Shown here one piece after another: positions 59,570 through 64,000 of a stretch of 64,000 bases of DNA. This DNA is from an uncultured Acidobacteriota bacterium (GTDB lineage Bacteria; Acidobacteriota; UBA6911; RPQK01; JAPXNP01). The stretch lies in contig CAVZRV010000013.1 of NCBI GenBank assembly GCA_963777605.1, forward strand, positions 32,001-96,000, written 5' to 3'. The notes beneath the pieces are model-generated. The model worked only from the letters and a program-made list of their open reading frames with translations. It was not told the origin of the DNA and searched no databases. Every line of letters starts with the position of its first letter. The first letter of the stretch is position 1. The translations under genes were made by a program, and so were the position numbers.

Positions 59570-60262
59570 TCAATTCTCCTGGTTCGGATACCAGTCGAGG
59601 AGCTTCACCTCGATCCCCTCATCGACCTCTTCCCGGAATATTTCGAGGTCGGAACCCCGGTAGTGGTAGGGGATAACGACCCTGGGCCTGAAGGTGTTGA
59701 CGCAGGCCGCCGCCTCGTCCGGAGGCATGGTGTAGGGGACGTTCATGCAGACCATGGCAACGTCGATGTCGCGGACCGCCTTCATCTCAGGCGTGCACGC
59801 CGTGTCGCCGGAGATGTAGATACGCTGGTCACCAAGACTCAGAATGTACCCATTGCCCCTTCCTTTTTCGTGGTAGACCCTCCCGGCCGAGGGGCCGCGT
59901 TTCAGGTTGTACATGGGAATCGCCTCGAGGTGAATCCCGAGGACGTCCATGCTTTCTCCGTTCTTGAGAACACGGGCCTGCGAGACCTGCTGCTGGACAG
60001 CGAGAGGCGCCACGATAATCGTGTCGTCCCGGCTCAGGGCCTCGATCTCGCCGAGGTCGAGGTGATCGCCGTGGATGTCCGTCAGCAGGATCAGGTCGGC
60101 CTTGGGCTGCCCGGTGTAGTCTCCCTGGCTCCACGGATCGACGTGAATGACTTTCCCGTCCCACTTTATGACAAACGATGCGTGGACGATCGGAGTGATC
60201 TCGACCGGACCGGAAGTGAAGGAAGCTCCAAGCGAAAGAATGAGGGGAATCGTTAGCAGCAT
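59570..60262 (-). CDS. MBL-fold metallo-hydrolase (secreted)
   Basis: HASF, VDP, TDIHGDHLD, YISGDT and VIPYHY motifs. Confidence 0.9.
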   Translation of the reverse strand: MLLTIPLILSLGASFTSGPVEITPIVHASFVIKWDGKVIHVDPWSQGDYTGQPKADLILLTDIHGDHLDLGEIEALSRDDTIIVAPLAVQQQVSQARVLKNGESMDVLGIHLEAIPMYNLKRGPSAGRVYHEKGRGNGYILSLGDQRIYISGDTACTPEMKAVRDIDVAMVCMNVPYTMPPDEAAACVNTFRPRVVIPYHYRGSDLEIFREEVDEGIEVKLLDWYPNQEN

Positions 60263-60373
60263 AGGTGCACCTCGCTAGTGATTGGTGTCAGAGTATAACG
60301 CCCGCCAGGCTGATTCTCCAATTGGGAGGAGGGTCGGACGGGTCAGACCTGTCTGACGGAGAGTTTTGGTATA

Positions 60374-62581
60374 TCAGCGAAACAGCGTGCCCAGTGAGAA
60401 GTAGAGCCGGAAACGGGACGACTCTCCCCAACTTCCCCCGATGAAGAGCGGTCCGACGATGGAATCCAGGACGATCCCAGCCGAGCCGACATGACGGTAG
60501 TCGGGCTTTTGGTGGCGGTCGAACGCTGAGCCGACTTCATACCAGGTTCCAATGTAGGTTGCTCCTCCGAAAAAGAGGGAGTTGTCCACGACGCGGTGAA
60601 GAACGCCGGTTGATCCGTATACGACTCTGGAGGCCCGAAACTGGTCGATCTCGTATGCCCCGAGGTTGAGAGGGCCACCCAGTGTGAAATCGAGATACAG
60701 GGGAGGGTCCGTATTGGCGGTGGCTCCACCTGAGACCCTGCTGAAGAGAGTGTCCCGCCTGGTAGCGGGGAAGAAGATCTGGGCTCGGCCCGACCATTGA
60801 TCGAGATTTCGCGCGATGCCCGGGCCGGCGAAGTATCGGGTCCACGTCAGATCCACAGCCACGCCGGAACTCGGAATCACCGCGTCATTCAACCGGTTGA
60901 GTTTCCACTGCACGCGTGCGGACGTTACATTGCCGTCGAGTCTCGGGAGACCGGGGGGGCCGACCCTGGGGCGCCCCGAAAAGTCGGTGATGGCATAACC
61001 GATTCTCAGTTCCTGACTGGACTGTTGAAACCCGTAGCCTAGATCCAGTCCGAAGCCCGCCTTGCGTTGAAGGTACTCCGCGGATCTCGTGTCTCCTTCG
61101 AAAAGGTATATCGTTTCCCGAGAACCGGTGCCCCGGGGGGCAACGAACCACCCCTTCCAGACTGGAACGTAGTACTCGACGGCCGCGAAATTGGGGGCGC
61201 CGACGCCCAGATCGATGCGGGTCTCCGATGATTGAAAACCCCAGTCCATGGCCGTGAGCCGAGTCCTCAGCCCGAAACGAACGGCGTCGATGTCGGATCC
61301 GTTGATGAAGAGCCCAAAACGCACGAATGGAGGTCCGTGGGAGGCCGGTTGAACGATTACGTCCAGGACCTTCTTTCCATCGACCTCGTCTACCTGGTAT
61401 CCGACCGAGTCGAACTTGTTGATCGAGTAGATTTGAGTCAGACGGGACTCCAGTTGATCGGGTCTCAACGGCCCGGGCACCTGGTCTTCGAGTTGTTGCC
61501 GGATCGTTTTCGACATTTGCTCGCCGACGCCCGCAACGGTGAGTCCGGCGACGTCGGGAAGACGGGTTCGGCGGCGGCCCAGGCGAGATCGGATGTGCTC
61601 CTCCCATTCGGACGGGGAAACTGAGAGTGTGGACAAGAACCGGCGTTTGGATTCCACCGCCGAATATCCTCTTTCGGCAATCTCGGATGTGTCGCCAAAA
61701 TCGAGGGTGAAGATGCCCTCGAGGTCGGGCGAAATGATCAGGTCGGCCTGCCGGATGATTCGACGGACGTTGTTGATCATCATGATCGAAATGGTCTGAT
61801 CCGCAACGCCGAGTATCGACGACAGTTCATCGGCGCTTCGCAACGGCGAGCCCACGTCAACGGCAATTACCACATCAGCTCCCAGCCTGCGGGCAACGTC
61901 GGCCGGGACATTATTCAGGATGCCGCCGTCCACGTAAAGATGCCCCCGGACCTGTGTCGGGGTGAAGACTCCGGGGATGGCCATTGTTGCCCGAAGCGCC
62001 TCCCAGAGTTGCCCGTCCGAGAAAACCTTCTCGCGGCCGCTTTCCAGGTCAACCGCCACACAGCGAAACGGGATGGGGAGCTCGTCGAAACTCTGAAGAC
62101 TCCCGTAGGGGACACTGAGGCGCTGCAGGAGCAGATCGATGAAGTGGCCGGGGTTGAGCCCGCTGGGGACGGACAGGCCATTCCGGAGTCCCACTTCAAA
62201 CCCGACCGGGTAGTCGGAGGCGTCCTCCTTCCGGCGAAACGCCATTTCACGATAAGGGGGCGAGCCGGCAAGGACCTTGGTCCAGTCAATGCTGCCGACC
62301 AGAGTGTCGAGTTCTTCGCTGGAATAGCCCATCGAATACACGCCTCCGATGAGCCCGCCCAAGCTGGTCCCGACGACCATGTCAACCGGGATGCGGTGTT
62401 CCTCGAACCAGCGGATGACGCCAAGGTGGGCAATGCCGCGGGCGCCGCCGCCTCCGAGGACGAGGGCGACCTTTTCGCGGGCGAGAAGAGTCGGGCCCAG
62501 GATAACCGAAAGGCCCGCCAGGAGCACGATGAGTCCGGCAGCAGACCAGTTCGACTGAAAGTGCTTTTTCGCTTCAAACAT
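60374..62581 (-). CDS. Patatin-like phospholipase with POTRA and Omp85-type barrel (PlpD-like)
   Basis: LVLGGGGARG, GTSLG and YVDGG motifs; C-terminal FTLGG and LYFSLGTLF barrel signature. Confidence 0.9.
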   Translation of the reverse strand: MFEAKKHFQSNWSAAGLIVLLAGLSVILGPTLLAREKVALVLGGGGARGIAHLGVIRWFEEHRIPVDMVVGTSLGGLIGGVYSMGYSSEELDTLVGSIDWTKVLAGSPPYREMAFRRKEDASDYPVGFEVGLRNGLSVPSGLNPGHFIDLLLQRLSVPYGSLQSFDELPIPFRCVAVDLESGREKVFSDGQLWEALRATMAIPGVFTPTQVRGHLYVDGGILNNVPADVARRLGADVVIAVDVGSPLRSADELSSILGVADQTISIMMINNVRRIIRQADLIISPDLEGIFTLDFGDTSEIAERGYSAVESKRRFLSTLSVSPSEWEEHIRSRLGRRRTRLPDVAGLTVAGVGEQMSKTIRQQLEDQVPGPLRPDQLESRLTQIYSINKFDSVGYQVDEVDGKKVLDVIVQPASHGPPFVRFGLFINGSDIDAVRFGLRTRLTAMDWGFQSSETRIDLGVGAPNFAAVEYYVPVWKGWFVAPRGTGSRETIYLFEGDTRSAEYLQRKAGFGLDLGYGFQQSSQELRIGYAITDFSGRPRVGPPGLPRLDGNVTSARVQWKLNRLNDAVIPSSGVAVDLTWTRYFAGPGIARNLDQWSGRAQIFFPATRRDTLFSRVSGGATANTDPPLYLDFTLGGPLNLGAYEIDQFRASRVVYGSTGVLHRVVDNSLFFGGATYIGTWYEVGSAFDRHQKPDYRHVGSAGIVLDSIVGPLFIGGSWGESSRFRLYFSLGTLFR

Positions 62582-62603
62582 GGGCGCGACCCGCCGGACA
62601 ATT

Positions 62604-63623
62604 CTATCGAATGGACGGTGCGTGCTGGGCCAGGGTGCGATCGATCGCTGCGATCTCCTCTTGATTGAGTTCCAGATCGCCCGCGGCGGCGTTGGCAATC
62701 GCCTGTTCGCTACTTCGGGCTCCCACCAGAGCATGCGTCACGCCCGGCTGGGCCAAGGTCCAGGCGATTACGAGCTGGGCCAGGGAAACGTTCCGATCCC
62801 CGGCAATCGGACGGAGTTCGTCGAGCATCGCATCCACACGCCGGAGATTATCCGGGCTGAAACGGGGGTGGGATCGACGAAGGTCTCCCTCTCCGAATTC
62901 GCGATCGGCGCCGATCTTCCCGGTCAGAAGCCCGTTGGCCAGCGGAGAGTACGCCAGAAAGGAAATCTTCCGCTTCCGGCAAAAGGGGAGGTTGGAGGAC
63001 TCGAGTTTTCGGTCGAGCATGCTGTACTGTTCCTGGTCCGAGTCAACGGCTCCGCGAGCCAGGTACTTCTGCATGTGGTCCACGGTCGCGTTGCTGACTC
63101 CGATGGCCCGGATTTTGCCCTCGGCACGAAGTGTCTCGAGGGCGGCCATGGTGTCTTCAATGGCCGTGGTGGTTTCCTGCCAGTGAGTCTGGTACAGGTC
63201 GATAGTTTCGACGTTGAGGCGGCGCAGGCTGGCTTCAATCTCTTCCCGGATCGAGTCGGGACCGAGGAAGCGATACACCTGGTAGGGGGCTTCCGACGAG
63301 TCTTCGAGGCCTTTCTCATTGGAACTGAAATAAAAGCTTCCCTGGCGTGGTTCAGAGCCTTCCCATCGCAGTCCGCACTTGGTGGCCAGGACGACCTCCT
63401 GGCGCCGGCCCACAATTGCCCTGCCGACGACTTCCTCCGAATGTCCGAACCCGTAAATGGCGGCCGTGTCGATGAAGTTGACTCCCTGGTCGATCGCCGT
63501 CTGGATTGTACGGATGGAATTCGAGTCATCCTGCCCGCCCCACATCCAGCCCCCGATAGCCCACGCTCCGAGGGCTACTCTCGATGCCTGGATGCCGGTC
63601 TTTCCAATTTCACTGTACTGCAT
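62604..63623 (-). CDS. Aldo/keto reductase
   Basis: LGAWAIGG, IDTAAIYGFGHSE, SLRRLNVETIDLYQTHW and AYSPLANGLLTG motifs. Confidence 0.93.
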   Translation of the reverse strand: MQYSEIGKTGIQASRVALGAWAIGGWMWGGQDDSNSIRTIQTAIDQGVNFIDTAAIYGFGHSEEVVGRAIVGRRQEVVLATKCGLRWEGSEPRQGSFYFSSNEKGLEDSSEAPYQVYRFLGPDSIREEIEASLRRLNVETIDLYQTHWQETTTAIEDTMAALETLRAEGKIRAIGVSNATVDHMQKYLARGAVDSDQEQYSMLDRKLESSNLPFCRKRKISFLAYSPLANGLLTGKIGADREFGEGDLRRSHPRFSPDNLRRVDAMLDELRPIAGDRNVSLAQLVIAWTLAQPGVTHALVGARSSEQAIANAAAGDLELNQEEIAAIDRTLAQHAPSIR

Positions 63624-63649
63624 TCACACCCTCCCCCTGATCGAGTTTT

Positions 63650-64000
63650 TCAGGCAAAGACGACTTTCTTGACGACGGCCTTGGTCCAATTCACGGCCTG
63701 CCAGTCTTCTTTCTTGACTGCTTCGGCCTCGGTGGGGCCTTCGCCGCGGGAATGACGGATTCCCGACTCGATTCCCCAGAACCCCGTGTAACCGGCAGCC
63801 TTGGAGACGGACAGCATTTCGGCAAGATCGTACTGAGGATGGGTTCCATCGGGAAGCCATCCGGCCTTCACCGAGACTCCCTTGGCGAAGACCATTGCCT
63901 TCTTGAGGGCCGCCTTGATGTCGCTATCGGGGAGATAGTTGCCGTAATCGGGCAAGATTCCGAAATTCGGATTGTTGAGTTTGGCGGCCAGACCGGGCAA
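63650..64000 (-). CDS. Sugar phosphate isomerase/epimerase TIM-barrel protein (5' part outside window)
   Basis: FGILPDYGNY, GVSVK and AGYTGFWGIES motifs. Confidence 0.75.
   Translation of the reverse strand: MPGLAAKLNNPNFGILPDYGNYLPDSDIKAALKKAMVFAKGVSVKAGWLPDGTHPQYDLAEMLSVSKAAGYTGFWGIESGIRHSRGEGPTEAEAVKKEDWQAVNWTKAVVKKVVFA

Overview
GC-rich (~60%) bacterial chromosome segment. The protein families (Acidobacteria-type secreted repeat domains, CRTAC1/ASPIC-UnbV, Tat substrates) suggest an Acidobacteriota-like organism; this is inference. Region ~0.9-12.6 kb is a decayed accessory region of gene fragments and chimeras: PolX/BRCT, PfpI, aconitase, FtsH, CusA, an IS1380-like piece and a PAS/B12 fusion, plus one low-GC insert. 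The middle holds a TonB receptor, a GH101-like enzyme, an AKR/DUF362/polyferredoxin redox operon, a glycosylation operon with a six-repeat GT9-like protein, a large secreted metalloprotease, glycogen phosphorylase and lipid/peptide enzymes. The standout is a minus-strand operon (43767-54899) behind a near-perfect sigma54 promoter. It encodes a Rid-family protein, a hydrazine synthase alpha-like protein, a CRTAC1-family protein, a decaheme protein (2x c554-like + beta-propeller + HzsC-like diheme), a secreted propeller and two orphan substrate-binding proteins. It lies divergent from a Tat-exported PaoABC-like molybdoenzyme that has an extra Cys-rich small ORF. Several otherwise intact genes carry single-base +1 insertions, most likely assembly errors. 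No rRNA, tRNA or CRISPR array was recognised. All family calls are by eye, without database searches.
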